From the NCBI RefSeq assembly GCF_009914755.1, contig NC_060936.1: 64,000 nucleotides of DNA, one strand, 5' to 3'. Both the position numbers and the translations under genes were made by a program. Origin of the DNA: the human T2T-CHM13v2.0 reference genome, Homo sapiens. Under the pieces are notes generated by a model. It saw only the letters and a program-made list of their open reading frames with translations, was not told the origin of the DNA and made no database searches. Of the stretch, positions 27,076 through 39,165 are shown in pieces (positions within the stretch are counted from its first letter, which is position 1; each line of letters starts with the position of its first letter).

Positions 27076-27849
27076 TAATCTTATTTAACAATTTCTTGAA
27101 TTCTGAGCAATAAAATGTATGTCTTATTTGTTATTGAAAGATAATTTGAAGTGTGGTTGATAGTATTAAAGCTCATAAAACAGGATCATTTTAACAAAGA
27201 GATGTTCGAAATTACTTAAGAGAGATATACCTAAGTTCTTCATTTCAAGAACCTGCGACAATTAGGTTTTTAGTTTTAAGTCTACATTTCCTGGAAACCA
27301 AGGAAAAGAAGGACATTGATGGTTTTACATTTTTCATAGTTTAATGAAAGCAAAGATGGAAGGATTTTTTTTTCCTGACCCTAATTCCTAGAAAGAATCT
27401 TCCTGAAGAAGTCTATGTTAAGAGAAGACAAGCCTGCCTCCTGCTAGTTTGCTATTCTGCAAAGTGCTCTACATATGAAGGAGGAAATGACGGACCCATC
27501 ACTGTCCTGGGGCATAACTTTATGGCATGTCCTCCAACTAGGACACAATGACAGTGGTGGCCCCTGGAACACATACATGAATGAAAGAAGACCCATGAGA
27601 GGAGCGTTTCCCTTTTTCTTAGGTTGTGACTGTGGGATCGTGTTTTAGAGCTGAGAATCAGGAGACCGGGGGACAGCCTCCAATTTGCCACATATGACTT
27701 TGAGACCTGGGGCAGCTCACAACCTCTCTTGGCAGAGTCAGCCAAGTTATCTGGCCATTTAACCAAGGGCCTACCCTGCTAAAAGAGACCAAATTTAACT
27801 TGAACTTTCATCCTTGTTTTCAGTTGGTTCCCAAAGTTTCAGCCTCTCT

Positions 27850-29640
27850 CCACCTTCTGTCGGTGAGCTCCTCCATAGTTTAATCACAGGGTGCCTTGTA
27901 TTTCTTTGCATCTGCAGCAGTCCTCTGCCTCTATACCTCCCAGTCCCTTGAACCCTGCCCTCTAGGAACATCTACAAAATCTGACTTCCCTTTATATTCA
28001 ATTACTATTTTGAGCTCCACAACCATCCACTTCCTGCCCCGGAAGACGTGCTTCTTTGTAGCCCTCTTAAGTGAAGTTTCTTTATTCTTAAATCTCTCAC
28101 ATACTGCCAGGTCTGGAGGTGGGCTGGTAAAAATCTTGACCCTTTAAGTTACATTCCTCCTAAGTAAATCAGCTTCCTCTTCATTTTTGCCAGCTACTGG
28201 TCTCTTGGACATTCCCTAAACACATTGACACCTTGTTTACTGCTCTTTCCTTCTCAAGTCCTGACTTGCCTGGAATTATTTCAGTTCTTTGATCATCTAA
28301 CTTCCACTGACTTTCTTTTCCACTCCACCTGTGCTGTGAAATCCCGGGTTCACAGTCATGATCTAGTTATTGCTTGAATCTTCTCTAATTTATGGGCTAA
28401 TGATTCATAGTCCTTCTCTCTTACAGCAGCCTCCTATCCTTCTAACTTTATTACACAACAACTCCCTTCCTATCCTTCATGTTCCTGGTCTTCATTGATA
28501 TTTACAGTCCACTGAATCCTTTATGTTCTCCCAATTCACCTCCACCATTTTTAAATTTCTTTCCAGTTGCAGAAATTGTAATTTGCCTACCCAACATTTA
28601 TGATTGCCCTCTTCCTGTGATTATAAACTCCAGATTTTATTCTGGGAGGCAACGTGCTTAGTTAAAAAGCTAAACTCCCCAGCCTCTTTGTATGTAGGGG
28701 TAGCCAAAAATGTAACAGGAAGTTGTTGGGTAGGGTTTGCAGGAGATCAGCCCTTTAAAAGTTTGTCAGACAGCAGGCATGTGCCCTTTACAGCCTTTCT
28801 CCTGTTTTTACTACTTCTTGCCTGCAACGTGGATGTGCTGGCTGGAGTTCCAGCAGCCATCTTGGGTGGCAAATTGACTTTATGACTGGAAACTGTACAC
28901 AAGGAACAGTGAAAGAGAAAGATGAACCTGGGTTCTTGGTGACAAACTCATCTTGCATTGTCTACTTCCAGCTTCTTTCATGTAAGACAGAAACCAAGGT
29001 AAAGAAGGACATTGATGGTTTTACATTTTTCATAGTTGTTTAGCCCCCTTTTACTTCTGGCTTCTTTTACATACACCCAATGGTCATTCCTCACTGATAG
29101 ACAACTCGAGCCAGTGTACGCACCTCAGTGCATGATTTCCATAACTCTTTGCCCCTCTACTTTTCATCTCACCTAGACCCTGGATGAATCCAAACATTTG
29201 ATTTCAAATTCAAGTGACTGTGTGTACTGCTAGGAAACAAAACAAAACAAAACAAAACAAAACAAAAAACAGTGATGCAATAAGGCAGAGGAACATCATT
29301 GTGAATTCATACTTAACAACTGCATAGGGATCCTTCCATTTTTTACAGTGACTGTTGCAAACCTTCAGCTCTCTCTTCACACTTGCATGAGGAGGTGATC
29401 CCTCTCATCTCAGGCCATGCTTCCTTCCTACATTCTGTGTCCTGGCCCTTCCTCCATCCTCAGGAGCCATATGTGTTGATCTCCTATGGGTTCACCTTCT
29501 CTGCCTCTACTGAATCCTTCCCACTGTCATTTAAATATACCGAGATCTCTATCATTTGAACAACCACCATAAAAACAAAAACAAAACAAAATATTTTTCT
29601 TTGGCCCAACGGCCCCTCTGGTTACCACTGTAGCACCTGA
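27850..29640 (+). mobile_element. Degraded L2 internal region, interrupted by an LTR
   Basis: Long pyrimidine-rich L2-like tract on both sides of LTR33 (e.g. CCCTGGATGAATCC, GTCATTTAAATAT...ATCTCT). Confidence 0.45.
28565..29100 (+). mobile_element. ERV-L solo LTR (LTR33-like)
   Basis: TTGCCTACCCAAC...GGCAACGTGC...CCCAGCCTCTTTG...TTCTTGCCTGCAACGTGGATGTGCTGGCTGGAGTTCCAGCAGCCATCTTG...TCCTCACTGATA. Confidence 0.7.
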
Positions 29641-29654
29641 TGTATCACAGCTGC

Positions 29655-31175
29655 ATAAATGTATATAAAAAAGGGAAACTCAACTCTTACTTTACACCAT
29701 ACACAAACCTTAAAAATAAAGGCTAAAACTATGACGCTATAAGAAAATATAGGAGAATATCTTGGCCTCCTTGCGGACACAGAAAAAAATAACTCTAAAG
29801 CAAAAATAAACAATTGAATTGAATTTTATTATTTTTTAAAGCCTGCTTATTAAAAGACATCATTATAAAAATTGAATAGGTAAAGTTCAGACTGTAATAA
29901 AATATTCTCCATACATATCTCTGACAAGGAGATATGCCCATATCTTGTGCCCATAATATTTAAAGGACTGTTACAACTCCATTGGACAGTGAACCTCATT
30001 AAAAATAGCAAAAGAATTGAATAGGTACTTTCTAAAAAAGACGTTCATATCACCAATAGACATAGAAAAGAAAGTTCAACATTATTAACTTCCAGGCAAA
30101 TGGACAGCTGGCATCAACAAGCCAGCCTCCCTTCCCTGCACACAAAGGGTCAACAGCACTGAATACAAATGAGATGTGGAACAACTAGAACTCTTATAAA
30201 TTGTTGGTGAAAGTTTAAAAAGGTACCACCACTTTGGAAACCTGTATGGAAGTTTCTTATAAAATTAAACATGCCTTTACTTATTACCCAGAAAGTCCAT
30301 CCTAGAGACATTAAAACATATGTACTCAAAAAGACTCACGCAAGCATATTTCATAGCAGATTTATTCATAATTGTTAAAATAGGGAAATGATCCATATGT
30401 CTTTCCATCAATAGGATAATATTTAAACGACCTAAGATAGCCATACAATGGAATACTACTTAGCAATAATAAGGAATTAACTACTAATAGATACAACAGC
30501 ATAGATAAATCATGAAAGCATTACACTGAGTGAAAGAAGCGGGACACAAGAAAGAACATGTGTGATTCCATTTATATGAAGTTCTAGAATAGGCAAACAC
30601 TAATCTACAACAACAGAAATCAGAACAACAGTAGTTGACCCTGGATGGGGGCCTGAGATTGGCTGGTAAGGGGTGGAGGAAACTTTCTTGGGTGATGGAA
30701 CTGCTCTATCTTGACAGAGGGTGTATTAGTCCATTTTCACACTGTTGTAAAGAAATACATGAGACTGGGTAATTTATAAAGGAAAGAGGTTTAATTGACT
30801 CACAGTTCTGCATGGCTGGGGAGGCCTCAGGAAACTTACAATCAAGGTGGAAAGGAAAGCAGGCACGTCAAACATGTTGGCAGGTGAGAGAAGAGCAGGG
30901 GAAACTGCCACTTATAAAACCATCAGATCTCATGAGAATTCACTCACTATCACGAGAACAGCATGGGAGGAAACCGCCTCCATGATCCAATCACCTCCCA
31001 CCAGGTTCCTCCCTTGACATATGGGGATTACAGTTTGTGATGAGATTTGGGTTGGGACACAGAGCCAAACCATATCAGAGAGTGTGGGTCATGTAAGTAT
31101 ATGTTTTTGTCAAAATTTGTCATAATGAATTCTTAAAATCTGTGTATTTCACTGTGTATACATTTTACCTAAAAA
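29655..31175 (+). mobile_element. Old L1 (L1ME/MD-type) ORF2 end and 3' UTR, interrupted by THE1
   Basis: CACCATACACAAA, AGAAAATATAGGAGAATATCTT, CCACTTTGGAAA, ATACAATGGAATACTACTTAGCAATAA, GATTCCATTTATATGAAGTTCTAGAATAGGCAAA. Confidence 0.85.
30722..31077 (-). mobile_element. MaLR solo LTR (THE1D-type)
   Basis: TGTATTAGTCC...GAGCCAAACCATATCA complete ends; TSD GAG(G/A)G. Confidence 0.92.
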
Positions 31176-31349
31176 TCAATATATTTGTATACCCACAAAA
31201 TAGAGATAAAAGTATAATAAACATGGTATACTTGCTGCTCAGCCTGAGCGATTATTAAAGCATGACAAATTTTGTTCCATCTATACTCTTACCCACTGTC
31301 TGGATTATCTTGAAGCAAACATTTCCAAATATATCTCCAAAAGGTAAGG

Positions 31350-32815
31350 ATCTGAGAGTTTTCTTTGGTTACTGCCTGAACATTTTTTCTGTCTACCACT
31401 CTCTTGACCAACTCCATCCCTACTGTCAGAAGCACCATCAACTCTGACCTCCTTACTGGACTCTGCCTTCCTCCTGTGCACCTTTCCTATTCATCCTACA
31501 TATGACAGCCTCAGGATTTCAGAAATCCAATGTGATTATGTTACTCCCTCCTGGATCCTCCTTAAAATTCTCCAGGGACTTCCTAATCCTCTAAAAATAA
31601 ATACCAAAATATTTAAATGGCTGTATTAGTTTTTATCACTGCACAACAAATTACTGCAAACTTAGGGACTTAAAACAACATCTATTAGTTATCTCGAGTT
31701 TCTTCTGGGTTAAATGTCTGGGCTTGGGGTAGTTGGGTTCTCTGCTTAGGGTGCTTGGGACCTCACAAGGCTGAAATCAACACGTTGGCTGGGGCTGTAG
31801 GGGTCTCACCTGGAGCTCAGGATCTTCTTCCAAACTTATTGAGGCATTTGGCAGAATTCATTTGTGGTGGTTGTAAGGCAGAGGTCCCTGTTTACTTGTT
31901 GGCTCCTGCCTAGGGGTCAATTTCAGCTCCTATAGGCTGCCCTCAGGACTCAGCTGCATGGTCCTCTCCATAGGCAGTCCACGCCATGGTCATTTCCTTT
32001 CTTCCAGGCCAGCAGAGAGTGTCTGCTGCTGCTTCTCGTCTTTTTTAAGGGCTCACCTGATCAGGTCAGTCCTACCTGATACCTTAAAAAAGATTAAAGC
32101 AAAATCTTTATTCTGATTAAATCAATGACAACTACCTTCAGAAACTCTTTTGCCATTTAGTATATCACAACTTCAGGATTGATTTTCCATGATATTCCCA
32201 GGTCCCACCTGCTCATACTCAAAGAGAGGAGATTGCAGGGTGTAGGAATCTTGTGTCTCACCTTAGAATTCTGTGGACCACACTAACCTTTCAAAACTCT
32301 GTCTGCACAGGCCTCTTGCCTCCCTCTCTGGTCCCATCTAGCTTTACCCCCTGCTTACCTCTCTCTAGTCCAGTCCCTTACCCCCCTGGGTGCTTGTACT
32401 TTCCTGAACATCCCCTGCCCTCTCTTGACTCAGGCCCTTTGCACATGCTCTCTCTCTCTCTGCCTCTCCCTGTCTTCAAGCACCCCTTCATCTAGGTAAG
32501 TCCTATTCCGTCTTGAAGTCTTAGATCTGAGAGGACTTCCTTATAGGGATGCCATGACCATGTCAGGCGTGTCTTAAATACGTCCTTAGTACACAGTGTC
32601 CCTCTTTACAGAAGTCATTTGTTTGCGTTAAATATTTATACATGTTATTATCCAATAAATATCTCCTTCTTTGTTCCACTGCACTGTAAGCTCCTTGAGG
32701 TGAGGGGCTGTGGATGCTTTTGCTCACCATTTTATGCCTAGCACCTACCACTTCACCTGGTACATAGCAAGTCTCAATAAACACATGTTGACTACATGAA
32801 TCAGCCTCTGTTTGC
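31350..32815 (+). mobile_element. L2 LINE 3' region, interrupted by an MLT1 LTR
   Basis: L2 motifs on both sides; 3' end CTGTAAGCTCCTTGAGG...CCTGGTACATAGCAAGTCTCAATAAACACATGTTGA. Confidence 0.8.
31622..32282 (-). mobile_element. MaLR solo LTR (MLT1E/F-type)
   Basis: TGTATTAGTTTTTATCACTGC...CAAGGCTGAAATCAA...GGCAGAATTCA...CTTAGAATTCTGTGGACCACA. Confidence 0.85.
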
Positions 32816-34667
32816 CCATCCATGGTATGAGGGAGCTACTTCAGTGGCTCATTCATTCTCTAATATTCTATGATTCCAAGATCCAGTCCACCCATCTCCA
32901 TTAACAGTCAGGAAAGTGCAACTGTTTGGGCCACTGAAATAAAATCTTGAGCTCACCTGGAGCTCAAGATCTTCTTCCAAACTATGAAATAATTTCCAAG
33001 CATTTGGTCGGCAGATGAGCTGCCATCTTGGACCTCTTCTGCACTATTGCTTTATGGCACAGTCTGGCAGCCAATAAGCCATCATTGGCTCCTTTTCTTT
33101 TCCACCCCCCAGAATGCCAAAGTGAGACTCCTCATTTGCAGATGATTGGCCCCTCTGCCACGATGACTGTCCAGCAGGCATAGACACAGCCTTCTGGCAT
33201 TTTGTTGGGCAACTCAATGTGACCTACTTGGTGCAGAAAGACAGTCGCTCCTCCTTGGCAGCAGTTGAGCTGTGTGATGCCATGGGAAGAGGGTGAGGCT
33301 CACTGCCTGCCCTCTGGGGAGGACTGCCTCTCCTTTCTCTCCTGGAGACGTGTCAGCCTTCTTGCTGGACAGCCGGGATTGCTTGATGCTTCACTCCTCA
33401 GCCCACAGTGGATCACGAGCAGCAGACCACCTGAATGGTGGCCTGTTTCCCACTTGCCTGTCACCATGCCACCAGTCCACCTCAGCTGTGTGAGGAACGC
33501 CAGATGCCTGGGGGGAGTCTGGAGAGAGAGAGAAGCCTTTCTACTCTGGATTCTCTCCCTGGGTCTGAATTGCTGAAAGAGCTTGGAGAGAAACAAAAGG
33601 ACATGATTATGTACTAAGTCATGTAACCTGTAGGAGAAGCCAGAAGCATCAAAGGAGGTACCCAATTCTCAAGGGAGGGAAACAAGTTTGTAAGAAAATG
33701 AGGAAGCAGGAAGCCCAGGTGCACCTCTCTTGGTGCAATATGGTGTTTTAAACAAGCAAGGCACGTGGGTATTTCTATGACAAGGGACTGGGGGTCTGAC
33801 TTCCAATATGTCTGAAATCTTCAGGGCTAGAAGCAGAAACTAACTGATATTTTAAAGCTGCCAACAGTTTTTCTGTCAGAGTAAAAGCAGAACTCATCCC
33901 TGGAGGAATGTTGGTCTTTTGTTTTGAGAAAAACACAAAATGTCAGAGTATGCAGAGGTCAAGTCAAAATCCTGTTCTGGAGTGGGAAGTTTGAGACAGA
34001 GAGAAGCTCAACAGACTAGCTAAACTATTCTACATAACAATGCAAAATAGTGGCAACTCTGGGAAGTATTATGTGTCAGAGGGGAGTTGGGGGCTTCAAT
34101 TGTAGGCACTGCTGATGGTGGAGGTGGGCTGGTCCTCAACATGGCAGAGCACAGAGGAGGGGAAATGCTGGGGGATGGGCGTGGCTGATGAACCCCAGGG
34201 CAACAATATCTAATCTCCACTTCACACTGTCGTCTCCCTGTACCCCATCGGAATCAGTGAAGTTTCTTTAATTGTCAACAACAAAACCCAGTGCTGCCTA
34301 ACTGAAGAAAAACATTCTGGAAAAATATGCAGGGAAGCCCATAGGATTGGAAGGATAAATAGACAATAAGAATCAGAAAGGCGGGAACAGTCCCTGAAAT
34401 GGAGAAGCAGAAGTTCAACGTCCTTCTTGCTGGAACAGGCTCTTAATGTGACCCAGTGCTCCCAACTTTCAGTCTGTGTCTCTCCATTTAAGCTTCAAGT
34501 TCCAGGTAGATAGGATCTGATTGCTCAAGCTTGGGTAGGGTATTTCCACTCCCTAATTAGATGGCTATGCAGGACAGGAGGTGGATGTTGTTGTGCAACT
34601 GGCAGCTGCCCCAACTTGGTTTCTGTAATCATCAGTCAAATTTTGTTAAAAATCTATACTTCTTCTG

Positions 34668-35500
34668 GGACATCAACAGACACTTTTCAAAAGAAGACAT
34701 ACATGCAGCCAACAAGCATATGAAAAACTACTCAATGTCATTAATCATTAGAGAAATGCAAATGAAAACCGCAATGAGATACCATGTCACACAGGTCTGA
34801 ATGGCTGTTACTAAAATATCAAAGAATAACAGACGCTGGTGAAGTTGCAGAGAAAAGGGAACCCTTGTACACTGCTGGTGGGAGTGAAAATTAGTTCAGC
34901 TATTGTGGAAAGCAGTGTGGTGATTCCTCAAAGAACTAAAACCAGGGCTACCATTTGATCCAGCAATCTCATTACTGGGTATATACACAAAGAAACAAAT
35001 CATTCTACCGTAAAGAAATATGCACACATATGTTTATGGCAGCACTATTCACAATAGCAAAGATATGGAATCAACCTAAATGCCCATCAACAGAAGAATG
35101 GATAAAGAAAATGTGGTACATATATACCATTCAATATTATGCAGCCATAAAAAAGAATGAGATGATGTCCTTTGAAGGAACATGGATGGAGCTGGAGGTC
35201 ATTATCCTTAGCAAACTAATGCAGAAAACCAAATACCTCATGTTCTCACTTATAAGTGGGAGCTAAATATGAGAACCAGTGGGTACAAAGAGGGGAACAA
35301 CAGACACGGGGGTCTCCTTGAGGGAGGAGCGGAGGAGGAGGGAGAGGATCAGGAAAAATAACTTTTAGGTACTATGCTTAGTTCCTGAGTGATGAAATAA
35401 TCTGTACACCAAACCCCTGTGACATGTGACACAAGTTTACCTATATAACAAACCTGCACATGGACCCCCTGAACCTGAAACAAAACTTAAAAAAAAAAAC
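34668..35500 (+). mobile_element. 5'-truncated L1PA (older L1PA13-16 type): ORF2 C-terminus, 3' UTR, poly(A)
   Basis: ORF2 peptides [19 protein letters not shown] and [23 protein letters not shown]; A tail at ~35489-35500. Confidence 0.93.
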
Positions 35501-35829
35501 AAACCCGTATCTTCCTTCCGTACTGTGTGAAAATGAGAAAAGGACAAGTGACCTCTGACAAGGGCTCTCCAAATTTTAAAAATTATATGATGTAACTGTT
35601 CTCTAGGCTTGCCCTTGCAGCACAAAACCGAATTTGAAAAATATTCCTAAGTTCATTCACTTTCATCGCCAATGAGGTAGGCACATGTTTTATGTTTTGT
35701 ATTAAATATTAACGTACCCATTTTATCTACTGTTTTCTCATTATCAGTTCAGTAAATTTTGTTTTAAACCTACTATGTGCAAAACAGTGTGTAGTCCCTG
35801 GAATATTTTATTTTAAACACAACGTTTAA

Positions 35830-36318
35830 ACATTAGTCAGCAATTTTTTTGATGTAAGGGGCAGAATCTAAGATTTGGCTCAAGCCTCAATTAGAGTTTA
35901 CTGACTCACATAATGAAGAAGTCCGGAGGTGTCTGGCTTCAGGAACAGCTAGATCCAGAAACTTAGAAAATATTATTGAGGATGGATTTTTATCATTGTC
36001 TCTTGGCTCTGATTTCTCTTATGTGTTAGCTTCACTTTGTAGATACTCTTTTTCTAATAATGGGGCAGATTGCCACTGAGAGGCCTATAGGAACCCCAGT
36101 GGACAAAATTGAAGTCTGTTTTGTATATGTATGTATATACATACATATTCATATATATACATATATAAATTTATGTATGTGTGTATAAATTAGACATATA
36201 TTTAATTTATGTATGTATGTAGGGTTCCACCTTCCTTTAACAGTGATTGGTCAGAGACAGGACCCAATCCAAATTTTTTTCCCAGATTTTATATATATAT
36301 ATATGCACACACACTTAC

Positions 36319-36359
<41 letters not shown>

Positions 36360-36610
36360 GAAAATACATATATATATATACAAATTCAGAGAAAAATTTG
36401 GATTGGGTCCTGTCCCTGACCAATCGCTGTTGAAGGAAGGTAAAACTTTATAGTCCAGCCTGGGTGACCTGCCCACCTTTGCGGTGATAAAAGATGGGAC
36501 AGTGTGGGGTGCATGAATTGCAGTGATTCCCAGTCCATCAGAACCACATGGAATGGAATAAGATTTCTCCCAAGGAAAAGGGGTTTCTGGGAACACAGAA
36601 CAATAGGTAT
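35830..36610 (-). mobile_element. Ancient MaLR LTR (MLT1K/L-like) containing microsatellites and an inverted duplication
   Basis: GGCTTCAGGAACAGCTAGATCCAG; GGATTGGGTCCTGTCCCTGACCAATC; ATTTCTCCCAAGGAAAAGGGG. Confidence 0.6.
36221..36449. repeat. ~85-bp imperfect inverted repeat around a (CA)/(TG)n spacer
   Basis: 36221-36305 is approximately the reverse complement of 36367-36449. Confidence 0.92.
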
Positions 36611-36997
36611 CCATTTCAGTTATATTTATAGACTCCTGAATCATAGATTTGGGAGAGATCTTAGAGATCATTTTGTCTGTCCTCTCAATTTTAAAGATAA
36701 GGATACAGACTCAAAGAATTGGAAAGGCTCCACTCATTCATTCATTCATTCGTTCATTAGTACTATGCTTTGCAGATATAGCCATAGCCAACACAATCAT
36801 AATACCAAACTCCAAGGAACATTTTTGTCCTGCAGAAAAAGTAAATAGACAAGCAAAGAGCTGATCACAATACAGCATGGTGGGTGTTACTGGAGGAATA
36901 AGAATGGGAGGGTTGAGAGCACATAAGAGGAGCTACTAACCCAGTTTGGGGTGCCCTCTATGAGGAAGGGATATCAAAACTCAGACCCAAAGAATGG

Positions 36998-37420
36998 GTA
37001 TATTAGCTAAGGTAATGCTAGCTGCTGTAACAAACAAATCCCCACATCCCCGCATTTCACTGACATGACTGAAGTTTACTTCTCATTCATGGGACTGCCA
37101 ATGTGTTTGGTGGGTGGCCTTCCTCACAATGATTTGGGGACCCAGGCTCCATCCATCTTGTAGCTCCATCATCTCCTAGGACCTGGAAGTCCTTTACTTC
37201 CAGTTGGTGGATGGAAAAATAGGGCAGAGTAGGCACACCTGCCTCTTAACCACTATGCCCATGAGTGGCTGCATATTTACACTCACATTCTACTGGGGAC
37301 ATCTAGTCACATGGCCCACCTGGATGCAAAAGGCTTGGAAATATAGTTGCTGACTTGGTAGTCACATGCCAGCAATAACTGCATTCTGTGGAAGGTGAAA
37401 ATGAAGCTTTAGAGTCTCTG
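36998..37420 (-). mobile_element. Ancient MaLR LTR (MLT1I/J-like)
   Basis: TATATTAGCTAAGGTAATGCTAGCTGCTGTAACAAACAA...GGGACCCAGGCTCCATCCATCTTGTAGCTCC...CTAGTCACATGGCCC. Confidence 0.75.
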
Positions 37421-37552
37421 ACTCAATGAGTTAGCTAAGCAATGAGAGAGAGGCTTGGTGTTCCAGCTAAAGGATGGCACATTTTAAAAAAGTCCCAGAG
37501 GTGAGGAAAAGCCAGGCCCAATTTGAACGTTGCCAGATTTACGCCACATTTA

Positions 37553-37888
<336 letters not shown>

Positions 37889-37932
37889 TCACATTTAAAT
37901 TTTGTTTATTTATTAATATTTTAGGATTAATT

Positions 37933-38035
37933 TATTCATTCTAAAATATTATTTGGGATTAAAATTAAATAAATTTAAATTTGACTAATTTAAATTTATT
38001 TAATTTTAATCCCAAATAATGCTTTAGGATGAATA
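37933..38035. repeat. AT-rich palindrome, 49-bp arms, 5-nt loop
   Basis: 37933-37981 pairs with 37987-38035; inner 34 bp perfect, 3 mismatches overall. Confidence 0.95.
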
Positions 38036-38739
38036 TGACCCAAACAGTCCATACAGTTAAGCTGGATCCTGTGTTTTATGTGGCTATTCTACATTTAGGG
38101 AAAGAGCAAATAGTTCAGAATGACCAGAGCATAGAGTTTAGGTGAGAGGGAATTGGAGATTATGAATGGAGATGGATAAGTAAGCACAGACCAGGCTTTG
38201 GAAGGTCCTTTTAAGCAATACTAAAAATTTTATTCTGATAGCAGAGAGGGTCATCAAAGGGTTTTAAATAGGGGACAGGGTGTGAGGCATGCTCAGAACT
38301 GCATTTTAGGAAATGCTAGAGGTGGTGAAGAATATGGATTATAGTGGAGGTAATAGAAGGGGTGACCAGAGCAAGGGGATGGTGGCCAAACCAGGGGCCA
38401 AACCCAGGTCTCCAAGACTGAATTCATCAATGCATGATTTGTCAAGGTGCTTGGAAGCTGTTTAGAATAGTGGGAACAGCATGGGTTCTGGAGACCTTGG
38501 GTCCAATTCTGAATAGCTGGGTAGCCTTTAGCCCTTTCTAGGACTCACTTCCTTATCTCTAAATTCCTCCAGAGCTCTAGGATTTGACCTATTCCTGCAG
38601 AATGAGTCTCCTCTATCTCAGCATTCTAGTTTCTTCCATACTCAGACACTGAAAATCTGAGAATCTCACAGCTACAAGTCAGACCATGCCTAGCTCTGGT
38701 GCTTATATAACTGTCAGAATCTTTACCATGTTTTTCCTC

Positions 38740-39165
38740 TATCAACAGTTTGGTGCTATCAGCCTAGCTTCCACTGGCAAATCCATCACGTTAAGCTGAA
38801 AGAAGTCACACCTGCCAGGCCCAAGCTGTTTATCTCAATAATTTCCCCACATAAAGCACAAACAGGGGACTATTTATTTTCCTTCCTGACATACATAAGG
38901 CTGTTAAAAGTCTGAGCGCACTGGCAGTTTACATGAAGCTAACCTTAATTGCATACTAGAGAGCCATAAAAGGAAGATCAGGGCCTCATTAGCTAGGGAC
39001 CAATTTTACATTTTTCTCCTCTGACCAAAACTGTTTAAAAATGTGGAGTACTATCTCATTCCAGCCAGACATAAATTTCAGTGCTGTCAAAATGCCCTTG
39101 CTGAATTCCAACTTTTCTTGAAAAGCTTGAAAATGTTCAGTGTGTCAACTTGGATTACAGAAACA
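38740..39165. promoter_or_regulatory. Repeat-free candidate enhancer
   Basis: GCCATAAAA (38963-38971), TTAATTGCAT (38945-38954), TGTTTAT and TGTCAA motifs in apparently unique sequence. Confidence 0.35.

Noticed and set aside
33305-33322. CTCF-like motif (also ~29610-29625)
   Set aside because: Partial core matches only, expected by chance.
34561-35266. ORFs resembling a cellular protein
   Set aside because: L1 ORF2 C-terminal remnants.
36209-36453. CVCVCV/YIYIY peptides (also 55133-55666)
   Set aside because: Translations of dinucleotide microsatellites.
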